Positions 10,178 through 18,823 of a stretch of DNA of 64,000 bases are shown one piece after another; within the stretch, counting starts at the first letter, position 1; each line of letters begins with the position of its first letter. The notes beneath the pieces were generated by a model. It was not told the DNA's origin. It saw only the letters and a program-made list of their open reading frames with translations, and searched no databases. The DNA comes from Acidimicrobiia bacterium (lineage in GTDB: Bacteria; Actinomycetota; Acidimicrobiia; Spongiisociales; ZC4RG35), in NCBI GenBank assembly GCA_965204615.1, contig OZ242000.1, positions 319,020 through 383,019 on the forward strand, in the 5' to 3' direction. Made by a program: the position numbers and the translations under genes.

Positions 10178-11130
10178 CGGTCGTCGACGGGGTCTGCCCC
10201 CTGATGACCGACCCGGATCACTGGGACGGTTGGATCGAGGGCGGGGTTGACATTGCGGTTCCCACCGCGGCCAACTGGGAGGGTCCTGCCGAAACCGAGG
10301 ACACTCTGGACCAATGGGACCGGTGGTTGACCGAAGATGATCGTTTGATCGCGGTCAATGAACCCTCCGACTTCGACCAGTTTCCCGTTGCCGGGAAGCT
10401 GGGAGTGATTATCCACTTCCAGAACACCCTCCCCTTGGGTGACGATCTGGCCAACTACGAGCGGTTCTACCAGAAGGGCCTGCGGATGGTCCAGATCTGC
10501 TACAACCGGACCAACCTGGTGGGCGACGGATGCCTGGAACCCGGAGACGGCCCGCTGACCTCCTTCGGGCGAGATGCGATCAGAGAGATGAACCGGTTGG
10601 GAATCGTGGTTGACCTATCTCATACCGGCCGCCGCACCACCATGGACGCCATGCGGGCCTCCTCGACGCCGCCGGTGTTCTCCCATTCCAATCCCTTGGC
10701 GCTGTGCAAGAACCGCCGCAACATCGACGACGAGCAGATCAGGGCGGTGGCCGACCTGGGCGGACTGGTTGGAGTCAACGCCTACCCGGCCTTCGTCACC
10801 CAGGGCGGCATCGGCGCCACGGTCTCGGACCTGGTGGACCACATCGACTACCTGGTGGACCTGATCGGACCAGACCAGGTCGGCTTAGGCCTGGACTTCT
10901 GCTTTCTCAGCCCCGAGATCCACGCCGAGATGATCGCCTCGGGCGAGTGGAGCATCGAGGACTACCCCGACGACTCCGGCACCTACCCGATCGGCCTGGA
11001 GACGCCCAGACAGATCCCCAACATCACCAACGAGTTGATCAAACGGGGCTACCCCTCCGACGCCATGGCGGGAATTCTCGGCCACAACTGGATAGCTCTT
11101 TACAAGAGAGTGTGGTCCGCTAAGCAATAA
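10174..11130 (+). CDS. membrane dipeptidase (peptidase M19) family protein, atypical N-terminus
   Basis: M19 motifs seen: FYQKGLRMVQICYNRTNLVGDGC, LTSFGRDAIREMNRLGIVVDLSHTG, PPVFSHSNP, RRNIDDEQIRAVADLGGLVGVN. The start was set to the GTG at 10174, which overlaps the upstream stop as GTGA. The ATG at 10203 is an alternative start. Confidence 0.8.
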   Translation: MTVVDGVCPLMTDPDHWDGWIEGGVDIAVPTAANWEGPAETEDTLDQWDRWLTEDDRLIAVNEPSDFDQFPVAGKLGVIIHFQNTLPLGDDLANYERFYQKGLRMVQICYNRTNLVGDGCLEPGDGPLTSFGRDAIREMNRLGIVVDLSHTGRRTTMDAMRASSTPPVFSHSNPLALCKNRRNIDDEQIRAVADLGGLVGVNAYPAFVTQGGIGATVSDLVDHIDYLVDLIGPDQVGLGLDFCFLSPEIHAEMIASGEWSIEDYPDDSGTYPIGLETPRQIPNITNELIKRGYPSDAMAGILGHNWIALYKRVWSAKQ

Positions 11131-11181
11131 AAGTCGGCTGGGCCCGGCTTATAGGCCCCGGGTTGTTGTTATTAATTGCCT

Positions 11182-13467
11182 ATGGCAACTCACTCGACCC
11201 GTTGGAGTCGTTCGATGGGGTTACTGGTAGCCCTGTCTCTCCTGGCCGGCCTGTTGGTGATCAGCCCGGTCCCCACCCACGCGGCGGATCCGGCGCCCGA
11301 CTACCTTGCCTCCTTTGACGCCTGCCCCGAGGGGATCATCCCGAACGCAGGCTTCTCTGACGTCCCCTCGGACCATCCGAATGTTCGGGACATCGACTGT
11401 ATCGCCTACTACGGGATCACCAACGGCGCCGCTGCTAACGCATACTTGCCGGACGGGCCGGTGACCCGCGAGCACATGGCGCTTTTCTTGGTCCGCTTGG
11501 CCAGGCTGGTGGGCATCAGGGTTCTCCCCGGTGCGGACACTCCTTTCGAGGACATAGCGCACCTGGGTGAGGAGTCACAGGTAGCCATCCGCCAGATATA
11601 CCGGCTGGGGATAACCGTGGGTACGAGCGCTACCACATATACGCCAGCCCGGAACGTCAGCCGCGGCGAGATGGCTCTGTTCCTGCAGAGGCTCATGGAC
11701 CTGATGATCCCGGCGGCGGACGGGCGCATACCTTTCGGCTACACACCGGATGACGTCAATGACAACGACGGGAACTTCGATGTCGGATCTACGTTTCAGG
11801 ATCTGGAGACGGTTCCCCATTCCGTCTACGCCGCGGTGACCCAACTGTATGAACTGGGAGTCGCAAGCGGCCTCTCCGCCAACACATACGGCCCTGCCGC
11901 CGAGATGACCAGGGCGACCATGGCCGAGTTCATGGCTGCCATATTGGATCATTCCAATCTGCGTCCCGAAGGCGTGCTGGTGCAGGTCACGCCCACAGAG
12001 GGCTCCGACGATTTCGAAGTCATGATGATGGTCTCGGTTCGCGATGAGAAGTTCGCTCCAACCGAAGGGGTGGCCGTCGACTGGTTCTACACCGCCGATC
12101 CCGAAGGCGGCCTGCAGAGCGACGGTACCTGTGACGCCCAGAAGATCCTGGGTGACGGCGACTGTGTCTGGGACAGCGACGAAGACGAGGCCACCGACCT
12201 CGACGGGAACGTCTTCGCGGACTTCGACGCAACGACGGGAGCGACCATGAGCATCTACGCATGGGTTGGTCGCAGGGATGGGCAGAGATTCGACCGGGAC
12301 ACCGCCAACTTCTCGGTGGCCACCGCCAGGTCGGAGAAGGCGGCCGACAGCCTCTCCGTTCGGCACGACGCTCCCGCCAACGCCGCCCGGATAGACGGCG
12401 ACAGGGCGTTGATAGTCGATCTGGACCGGCGTTCATCGGTGAAGTTCGCCATCCAACTCCTGGATGACGAAGGCGCCCACCTGGAGCGAGAGGGCGTGGC
12501 GGTGCAGGTAGAGGTCGACAGCCGGCCGATCAGGGTTGACGCCGATGATGTGCGCTCCGGCCGGCCCGATCCGGACCTCTTCAGCCTGGGACGCGACACG
12601 AGTAGCGACACCACGGTGCTCACCGACAAGACCGGCAGCGCCACCTTCGACCTGAGGGGTCCGACTGGCGACGAACGCCTGGACACGGTCACCATCGGCG
12701 CGGACTGTTGCACCGACCAGACCCACCGGATTGCCTGGAGCAACGGTGAGTCGGTGCTGGTGGCAGCCTCGCCCGCCTTCGACCTCTACCAACGGCGGGA
12801 GGGCGACAGCATCGAATTCAAGGTCGAATACCACTTGGTAGACCAGTACGGAGAGACCCTTCGCGGCACCCACCCCCGTTACACGGGAAGGCCCGACACA
12901 GACGTGGACGCAACGCTGAGCTACCAACTCTTCCACGCTCCGGCACCCGGCGCCGACGGCACCTACACGGTCAGCGGGGTTACCGGCGTCGCCGGGACTC
13001 CCAGCATCAAGATCAGCCGTAAGGGTGTGATCGCCGACGTCGAGATCGAGATCCCGGCTGCGTACCGGGACGGTAACGACTTCCTGGTCAGAGTCGACGC
13101 ACAGATCTTCAGTGACAGAGACGGCGACGGCCACCTGGACTCGAACGAGGTCCGCTACGTGGACGAGGCTGTGATGGTGTGGATAGTGACCGACGCCCGC
13201 AACGAGAATGATTTCACCCAACTCCAGGGTCGCACCATAACCGCACCTGGTCTCAGCGTCAAGGAGGTCGAGTTGTACCCCTCCGGTGACAGTTACCGAA
13301 CCTTCTTCACCCTATGGAGCTACGACCCCACCCACAGGTTCCAGGCCAACGGCAAATTCGTCGACATCGACACCTTCGAGGAACTATGGAGAAGCCAGGT
13401 CCACCGCATCGGCGACCTGGACATCCTCATCTACACCTCCGGTTTCAGCCTGACAGTCATCAAGTGA
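11182..13467 (+). CDS. secreted protein with three N-terminal SLH domains and a large uncharacterised C-terminal region (paralog B)
   Basis: The N-terminus MATHSTRWSRSMGLLVALSLLAGLLVISPVPTHA is a signal peptide. The protein is collinear with paralog A from DPAPDYLASFDACPE through to the C-terminal RTFFTLWSYD..RFQANG...GDLDILIYTSGFSLTVIK. Confidence 0.85.
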   Translation: MATHSTRWSRSMGLLVALSLLAGLLVISPVPTHAADPAPDYLASFDACPEGIIPNAGFSDVPSDHPNVRDIDCIAYYGITNGAAANAYLPDGPVTREHMALFLVRLARLVGIRVLPGADTPFEDIAHLGEESQVAIRQIYRLGITVGTSATTYTPARNVSRGEMALFLQRLMDLMIPAADGRIPFGYTPDDVNDNDGNFDVGSTFQDLETVPHSVYAAVTQLYELGVASGLSANTYGPAAEMTRATMAEFMAAILDHSNLRPEGVLVQVTPTEGSDDFEVMMMVSVRDEKFAPTEGVAVDWFYTADPEGGLQSDGTCDAQKILGDGDCVWDSDEDEATDLDGNVFADFDATTGATMSIYAWVGRRDGQRFDRDTANFSVATARSEKAADSLSVRHDAPANAARIDGDRALIVDLDRRSSVKFAIQLLDDEGAHLEREGVAVQVEVDSRPIRVDADDVRSGRPDPDLFSLGRDTSSDTTVLTDKTGSATFDLRGPTGDERLDTVTIGADCCTDQTHRIAWSNGESVLVAASPAFDLYQRREGDSIEFKVEYHLVDQYGETLRGTHPRYTGRPDTDVDATLSYQLFHAPAPGADGTYTVSGVTGVAGTPSIKISRKGVIADVEIEIPAAYRDGNDFLVRVDAQIFSDRDGDGHLDSNEVRYVDEAVMVWIVTDARNENDFTQLQGRTITAPGLSVKEVELYPSGDSYRTFFTLWSYDPTHRFQANGKFVDIDTFEELWRSQVHRIGDLDILIYTSGFSLTVIK

Positions 13468-13888
13468 AATCGCCGACAGTTATCCAATAACTGACACCCG
13501 CCGGAACAACCCCTCCCAAACCCGCGAAACCCATCACTAACCCGCGAAAGCCCTCCCGTTTCTCCTCACCCCAGGGCCCAACCACCGCCTCCATTGGTCG
13601 AAACTGCGAACCTCCGGTCCCGCCAGGGGTGCGTCTTTGACGGTTATGACCTCGTCTCTCATGTCACGATCCTGGTGACGTCCGACCCGGATCGGAAGGT
13701 GTTTGTGACTCCTATGGGTATGCGCGAGGGATGGGACATGTGGTGCCTGCAACCGCCGGTTGTCTTTCGCGGGCGGGTCCCGATTCTTCATTTTTCCTGT
13801 TCCCCCGCACCCGACCACCTGCCCGCCTGGGAGGTGGCCGAGGCGGTGGGCAGTTACGATAAGGCCGCAACGCCCAAGGAGGAATGAA

Positions 13889-14929
13889 TTGCGTAGAGTC
13901 CCCACTACGTCAGCAGCAGGCGCCGAACTGGTGCCAATGTTCCGAGACCACATGGAACTGTGCGGGGTGGGCCCCGGGCAGACCGTTATGGCTTTCACCA
14001 ATACCCACAGCAACCCGGCCTACATCACCGCCCTGATGGGAGCGGTCGGGGTGCTGGGTGGAGACTTCTTCCAGATCATGGTGGCCGCCGACGACTCCTG
14101 GATGAAGTCGCGCACCATCGTCGACGCCTGGAAGGGATGCGATCTGGTGGTGGGATTCCTGGCCAGCATGGGATCGCACTGGATCTACTCCGACGCCCAC
14201 AACGAGGCCCTGGAGGCCGGGGTTCGCAGCCTGATGATCGAGGAGCCCGAAGACCACCTGCGGCGCCTGTTCCCGCTTCCCGAGATCCGCAGGCGGGGAG
14301 ACAAGAGCGTCGAATACATGGCGACATCCGACATCATGCGGGTGTGGTCGGAAGCCGGGAGCGACTTCTCGGTCCGCTACACCGGTCGTCCGTTGGGATC
14401 CCAGTACGGCTACACCGACACACCGGGCCGGTGGGACCACTGGCCGTCGGGACAGTGCGGCGTCGCCCCCCTGGAGGACTCGGCCGAAGGGACGCTGATC
14501 GTCGACGCCGGTGACGCTCTGCTCCCGATGGGCAAATACGTCGAGCAACCGATCCGCATTGAGATGCGGGAGGGGAGCATCATCTCCATAGACGGGGGCG
14601 CCGACGCCCGGCTGATGAAGGACTTCTTCGAGAATGCCAAGGACAAACGGGCCTACGGTCTCTCCCACATCGGGTGGGGGTACGAGCACCGGGCCAACTG
14701 GAACGCCCTGGGCCTTCGCTTCTGGGAAGGCGGGGGAGTGATGGACACCGAGAGCTATTACGGCAACATGCTGATCGCCTTCGGGGCCAACTTCTTCCGC
14801 AAGCTGGGCGGGAAGAACCGGGCGAACTTCCACTTCGACATCCCCACCCGAAACCATTCCATCGCCATCGGGGACACCCAGATCATCGATCGGGGGAGCT
14901 TTGTGGTTCCCGGGTTCGAGTTGGAGTAG
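13889..14929 (+). CDS. 2,5-dihydroxypyridine 5,6-dioxygenase (NicX)-like protein with an M29 aminopeptidase-type fold
   Basis: Start set to the TTG at 13889, 6 nt after AAGGAGG. The motifs YGYTDTPGRWDHWPSG, DSAEGTLIVDAGD, YGLSHIGWGY, YYGNMLIAFGAN and HFDIPTRN match my recollection of Pseudomonas NicX, including the His/His/Asp iron-ligand positions. Confidence 0.85.
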   Translation: MRRVPTTSAAGAELVPMFRDHMELCGVGPGQTVMAFTNTHSNPAYITALMGAVGVLGGDFFQIMVAADDSWMKSRTIVDAWKGCDLVVGFLASMGSHWIYSDAHNEALEAGVRSLMIEEPEDHLRRLFPLPEIRRRGDKSVEYMATSDIMRVWSEAGSDFSVRYTGRPLGSQYGYTDTPGRWDHWPSGQCGVAPLEDSAEGTLIVDAGDALLPMGKYVEQPIRIEMREGSIISIDGGADARLMKDFFENAKDKRAYGLSHIGWGYEHRANWNALGLRFWEGGGVMDTESYYGNMLIAFGANFFRKLGGKNRANFHFDIPTRNHSIAIGDTQIIDRGSFVVPGFELE

Positions 14930-14932
14930 GCC

Positions 14933-15688
14933 ATGCGACTGAAAGACAGAGTGGCGGTGGTCACCGGGTCCTCCCGATCCATCGGGAGGGCCATCGCCCT
15001 CGGGTACGGTGCGGAAGGCGCCAAGGTGGTGGTCAACTACGTAAGCGACCAGGACGCGGCCGACTCGGCGGTGGCCGAGATCCAGGCGATGGGGTCGGAA
15101 GCCATCGCGGTGCAGGCCGACACTTCCTCGTCCTCGGATGTCGCCGGCCTGATGTCGGCTGCGGTGGACCGGTTCGGGAGGATCGACATCCTGGTGAACA
15201 ACGCCGGAATCCTGATCAGGACCCCCTTCCTCGAGATCGAGGAGTCGGAGTGGGACCGGATTCTCGAGGTGAACCTCAAGGGATTCTTCCTGTGCTCCCA
15301 GGCGGCCGCCAAACAGATGGTGAGCCAGGGCGACGGCGGCGTGATCATCAACATGTCGTCAGCGGGTGACACCCTGGCGGGCCGGGACCTGACCCACTAC
15401 TGCGTGGCCAAGGGTGGTGTCCGGATGCTCACCCGCCAACTGGCCTCCGAACTCGCCCCCCACAGGATCCGCGCCAACGCCATCGCACCGGGTCTGATCG
15501 AAACCGACCTGAACCGAGAAGACCTGGCCGAACCGGAGTTCCGAAACTACCGCCTGTCGATGATCCCCCTCGGAATCATCGGCGTCCCCGAGGACATAGT
15601 CGGAGCGGCGGTGTTCCTGGCCTCCGAAGACTCCCGGATGGCAACCGGATCCACAATCTACCTGGACGCCGGCCAGACCATCGCTTGA
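14933..15688 (+). CDS. short-chain dehydrogenase/reductase (SDR), FabG-like
   Basis: The cofactor motif is TGSSRSIGRAIA. Also present are NNAG and the catalytic Y..AK region (HYCVAKGG). The gene starts 3 nt after the preceding stop. Confidence 0.9.
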   Translation: MRLKDRVAVVTGSSRSIGRAIALGYGAEGAKVVVNYVSDQDAADSAVAEIQAMGSEAIAVQADTSSSSDVAGLMSAAVDRFGRIDILVNNAGILIRTPFLEIEESEWDRILEVNLKGFFLCSQAAAKQMVSQGDGGVIINMSSAGDTLAGRDLTHYCVAKGGVRMLTRQLASELAPHRIRANAIAPGLIETDLNREDLAEPEFRNYRLSMIPLGIIGVPEDIVGAAVFLASEDSRMATGSTIYLDAGQTIA

Positions 15689-15748
15689 AGCGAGGCCTTT
15701 GAGGGTTCTCAACCTTCGGCAGCGGGCAGTGGAAAGGGCTGAATGCGG

Positions 15749-17503
15749 TCACGGCGTCGTGGCGTGGGCGGCTCTTGTTGCTATTTCGTCCAGGACTTCA
15801 ATGACATCTTGATGAACCTCGGGAGGACTCAGGTAATCGACCAACCGGTAATAGTTCTTCTTCCTGAGGAGGATGGGCAGTCCCATCTCGTTGAAGAATC
15901 TCTCCAGGACCGGCGCCAGAAAATTGTCGCTGATTTTGGTGTCGATCCAGAATTGGTGCTCCAAGTCCTCCAGCGCCACGGGAGGAGTCAGGTCCGCGAC
16001 GGCACCCTCCATTGCATCCTGCCATCGCTTCCCTTCCGGGTCCTCGAAAAGGGTTGTTCCGCGTGGTTCTTTGGATGAAGACCCAACCGATGCCCGTCCG
16101 CTCTGCTCGGCGTACCGACGCAGAGTCTCTGTAGGCAGAAGGTAATTCTCAATCTCCCGTCGAGGCCACATGTGTTCCGCCAGATCACCTCTCGACCTGA
16201 GGTCATCCTGACCGAGGCGGTCAAAGAGGGCATAACCCAGCAGATCGGTCTTCGCTTCCCTTAACCCATAGAAGTGTGAACGGGCGTTGCCGGGTTTGTC
16301 GCCGACGTAGTGAACGAAGGGACGTTCCAGGTAGTGGCGAGCCTCGTGCCTGAGAATTGTGGCGAAAGCGAGCAACAGGTCCACGTCGGTTGAACCCTCC
16401 ACGTAGAGAACAAAACCGGTGATCTCGGCTTTGTAATAGTCTTCGAACCTTATGTCTCGCAGAGCTTTCAACACTTGAGCCTTCTTCTCGACTCGATGAG
16501 GTGCACCCACGAAAGCCACCAGGGCATCATGTTGAGCTGCTTCATTCAGAATCACTTCGGAGTGGGAGGCACAAATGACCTGGGTGCCGTTCCTGGCTGC
16601 AGTTTCCCTTAGCACGTGATAGATCTCCCGCTGCCTGAGAATCTCCAAATGTGCGTCCGGCTCGTCCAGTAGCAACACGCTGTTCTGGTTGAGGTCGATG
16701 AACGCCAATAGCAGCAAGGTCTGCAACATTCCTCGGCCTGCGGAAGAGAGATCCAATTGCGATCCGAATCTGTTGGCGTATGTAACCTGGACCTCCCCAC
16801 GTTCGGGAATGAGCCGCGGTCGGTTGAGGCGGACACCAAAAAGAGAGGCTATCCGGCTGGCAAGTGCATCCCAACGCTCTTGTCCGTCCTGGAGTTCGGT
16901 AACCCTGAAGCAAAGGTTGCGCAGCACTTCAGCAGTGCGACCCTCTCCTATGCGGACATCTATTGCGCCCGGGTCCAGTCGGGTCTCGTTGGAGGCCAAC
17001 CCTGACATAGGGTTGAGAAGCGCCAGCTTCGGCCACAATTCACGGGGTAGCACCGGCATTCGTTCCGTACCCTCGGGATTCCTTCGCAATGGTCGGCAAT
17101 AGAAGCTCTCCTCGTTGGTGTAGTCAAACTCCATTCCGCACGACCATTGCTGCCGGCCGGTAAGCCCTTCCACTATGACTTCTATGCGGATGTTCTCAGT
17201 ACCTCGGCGCTCATCGTCACGATAAGTCCTGCGGACGCGTAACTCCCGCCACAGAAGGCGCGCTGAGGGAACGGGCACCGGTAGCAGATCTCTGCGGCCG
17301 GCGGCTACCCCGGGACGCTGTGGAGGTGCCGAGTCGCCTCGTTTCTCTGTCCATCGCCTCAGTCCCAAATCCCAGAGGGCGAGAGCCTGCAGGGCCGAGG
17401 TCTTGCCGGAGTCGTTTGGGCCGACGAACACCACCGGGTTATCCAGTTCGATTTCCGCATCTGCCAAACCCTTGAAATCGCGGACGATCAATTTCGTCAG
17501 CAT
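15749..17503 (-). CDS. ABC/AAA-type ATPase fused to a DUF4435/Toprim-like C-terminal domain (OLD / PARIS AriA-AriB-like)
   Basis: Trimmed from track ORF 15749..18553 to the ATG at 17503 (MLTKLIVRDFKGL...). Walker A is GPNDSGKTS, signature-like LSSAGRGMLQ, Walker B VLLLDEPDAHL, and an ASHS H-loop follows. The C-terminal half carries LYVEGSTDVDLL, LFDRLGQDD and RREIENYLL. GC is visibly lower than in the neighbouring genes. Confidence 0.85.
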   Translation of the reverse strand: MLTKLIVRDFKGLADAEIELDNPVVFVGPNDSGKTSALQALALWDLGLRRWTEKRGDSAPPQRPGVAAGRRDLLPVPVPSARLLWRELRVRRTYRDDERRGTENIRIEVIVEGLTGRQQWSCGMEFDYTNEESFYCRPLRRNPEGTERMPVLPRELWPKLALLNPMSGLASNETRLDPGAIDVRIGEGRTAEVLRNLCFRVTELQDGQERWDALASRIASLFGVRLNRPRLIPERGEVQVTYANRFGSQLDLSSAGRGMLQTLLLLAFIDLNQNSVLLLDEPDAHLEILRQREIYHVLRETAARNGTQVICASHSEVILNEAAQHDALVAFVGAPHRVEKKAQVLKALRDIRFEDYYKAEITGFVLYVEGSTDVDLLLAFATILRHEARHYLERPFVHYVGDKPGNARSHFYGLREAKTDLLGYALFDRLGQDDLRSRGDLAEHMWPRREIENYLLPTETLRRYAEQSGRASVGSSSKEPRGTTLFEDPEGKRWQDAMEGAVADLTPPVALEDLEHQFWIDTKISDNFLAPVLERFFNEMGLPILLRKKNYYRLVDYLSPPEVHQDVIEVLDEIATRAAHATTP

Positions 17504-17532
17504 TGGCCGAAGTCTAGGTGAGGCCAGGGGGG

Positions 17533-18759
17533 CTATTTGGTCGCCTGATCGGCCCAGTCCGATACGATCCTGACCAGCACCCGGGTGGCCCGGTGCATGT
17601 CTGCTGCGTCCACCCACTCGTTGGGGCCGTAGAAGTTTCCACCCAGGGCGCCGAATCCCACGGCCGCCGCGTTCAGGCAGCGGATGGGGAAGCGGATGTC
17701 CGAGGCGACATGAGCCGGATACAGGTCGGGGGTGATCCCGGTCTCGACCGCGATGGCCGAGGTCGTGGCACTCACCAGTGGATGATCGGCAGGGGTCTCG
17801 GCGGGGTTGGACTGCAATCCGAACCGCCGGGTGGACAACGCTCCCGCATCCAGGGCAACCGCGTCCAGGCTCTCGTGAATCTCGGCAACCGTGCCCTCGC
17901 GGAACCAGATGGCGCCCTCCGCCACTGCCCGTTCCGGCAGCACGATCGGATCGGTGCCCGCCGCGACCCGGTTCACCGAGCACAGCACCCCTTCGCGCTC
18001 GGCCCACCGGTCCACCTCGTTCAGTACTTCCCGCATCCGGCCGAAGGCGTTGGCTCCCAGGCGCGGATCCTCGGAGAGAGGGGTCCGGATCTCCACCGGG
18101 TCGGGCCGGCGTCCCGCAGTCTCGACGCGGAAGTTGAAATACCCCCGGGTGGCGACCTTGAAGTGCGCCATCCCCTTCCCGGTCTCGGCCGGATGGCAGT
18201 AGATGGAGGTGTCCACGTCTCTGACCGCGGCCATGGCGGGCAGGGTCCCCAACCCGCCGCCCAGCTTCCCGTGCACCAGTCCGATCACCAGCCGCACCCC
18301 ACGCAAGGAGGGGAGCAGGGCCCGGGCAGCGGCCAGCACCGACACCACCCCCGCCTTGTCGTCGGCGGCGCCCACGCCATAGACCCGCCCTCCGGTCTCC
18401 GTGGCCTGGTAGGGGTCGGTCTCCCAGCCCAGCGGATCGGGGTTCTCGGTGTCGATGTGGGCAAAGAGCAGGATGCCGGGCCCGTCGCCGGCCGATCCGA
18501 CCACGCTCACCATCCGTTCCGGCTCGGCGCGGACCGGATGCGGCGGGGACCACTCGGGATGACGCTCCAATTCCGCTATCCGGGGAGTGACCAACTCAAC
18601 GCCCATTCCCAGCTTCTCCACCTCCTCGGCGCACAACTCGTGCACATCGGAGGCTTCGCCGCGGACGCTGCGCCGGGACACCAGGGCCCCGAGCAAGTCT
18701 CGCTCGTAACCGGTCAGTTGGTCGACGGCCTCCAGGGCGGCGCTCGGATCAGCGGTCAT
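17533..18759 (-). CDS. M20 family metallopeptidase (ArgE/DapE/ACY1-like)
   Basis: Motifs LLFAHIDTE and YGVGAADDKAGV (a metal-binding Asp motif) are present. Length and domain order are typical of M20 peptidases. Confidence 0.88.
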   Translation of the reverse strand: MTADPSAALEAVDQLTGYERDLLGALVSRRSVRGEASDVHELCAEEVEKLGMGVELVTPRIAELERHPEWSPPHPVRAEPERMVSVVGSAGDGPGILLFAHIDTENPDPLGWETDPYQATETGGRVYGVGAADDKAGVVSVLAAARALLPSLRGVRLVIGLVHGKLGGGLGTLPAMAAVRDVDTSIYCHPAETGKGMAHFKVATRGYFNFRVETAGRRPDPVEIRTPLSEDPRLGANAFGRMREVLNEVDRWAEREGVLCSVNRVAAGTDPIVLPERAVAEGAIWFREGTVAEIHESLDAVALDAGALSTRRFGLQSNPAETPADHPLVSATTSAIAVETGITPDLYPAHVASDIRFPIRCLNAAAVGFGALGGNFYGPNEWVDAADMHRATRVLVRIVSDWADQATK

Positions 18760-18823
18760 GGGACCAATCCTTGTACGGTCCGTGATAGCCTTTCATGTCG
18801 TGGAAACAGTGGGCTCGGGTTCC

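Noticed and set aside
13594-13887. 97-aa + strand ORF whose stop abuts the NicX-like start.
   Set aside because: It has a TTG start without an RBS and no recognisable domain, and it is Cys/Trp/Pro-rich in its second half. The stop-start adjacency is suggestive but insufficient, so it is left unannotated.
15689-15748. Possible bidirectional terminator (gagggtt-ctc-aaccttc) between the convergent SDR and ATPase genes.
   Set aside because: It has only a 7-bp stem with a G-U pair, a 3-nt loop and no U-tract, so it is too weak to call.
17504-18553. N-terminal 350 codons of track ORF 15749..18553(-), which would make a 934-aa ATPase.
   Set aside because: The extension overlaps the M20 peptidase gene in another frame and is Arg/Gly/Pro-rich nonsense. 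The ATPase P-loop lies 30 aa after the internal ATG at 17503, which is where homologous ATPases begin.
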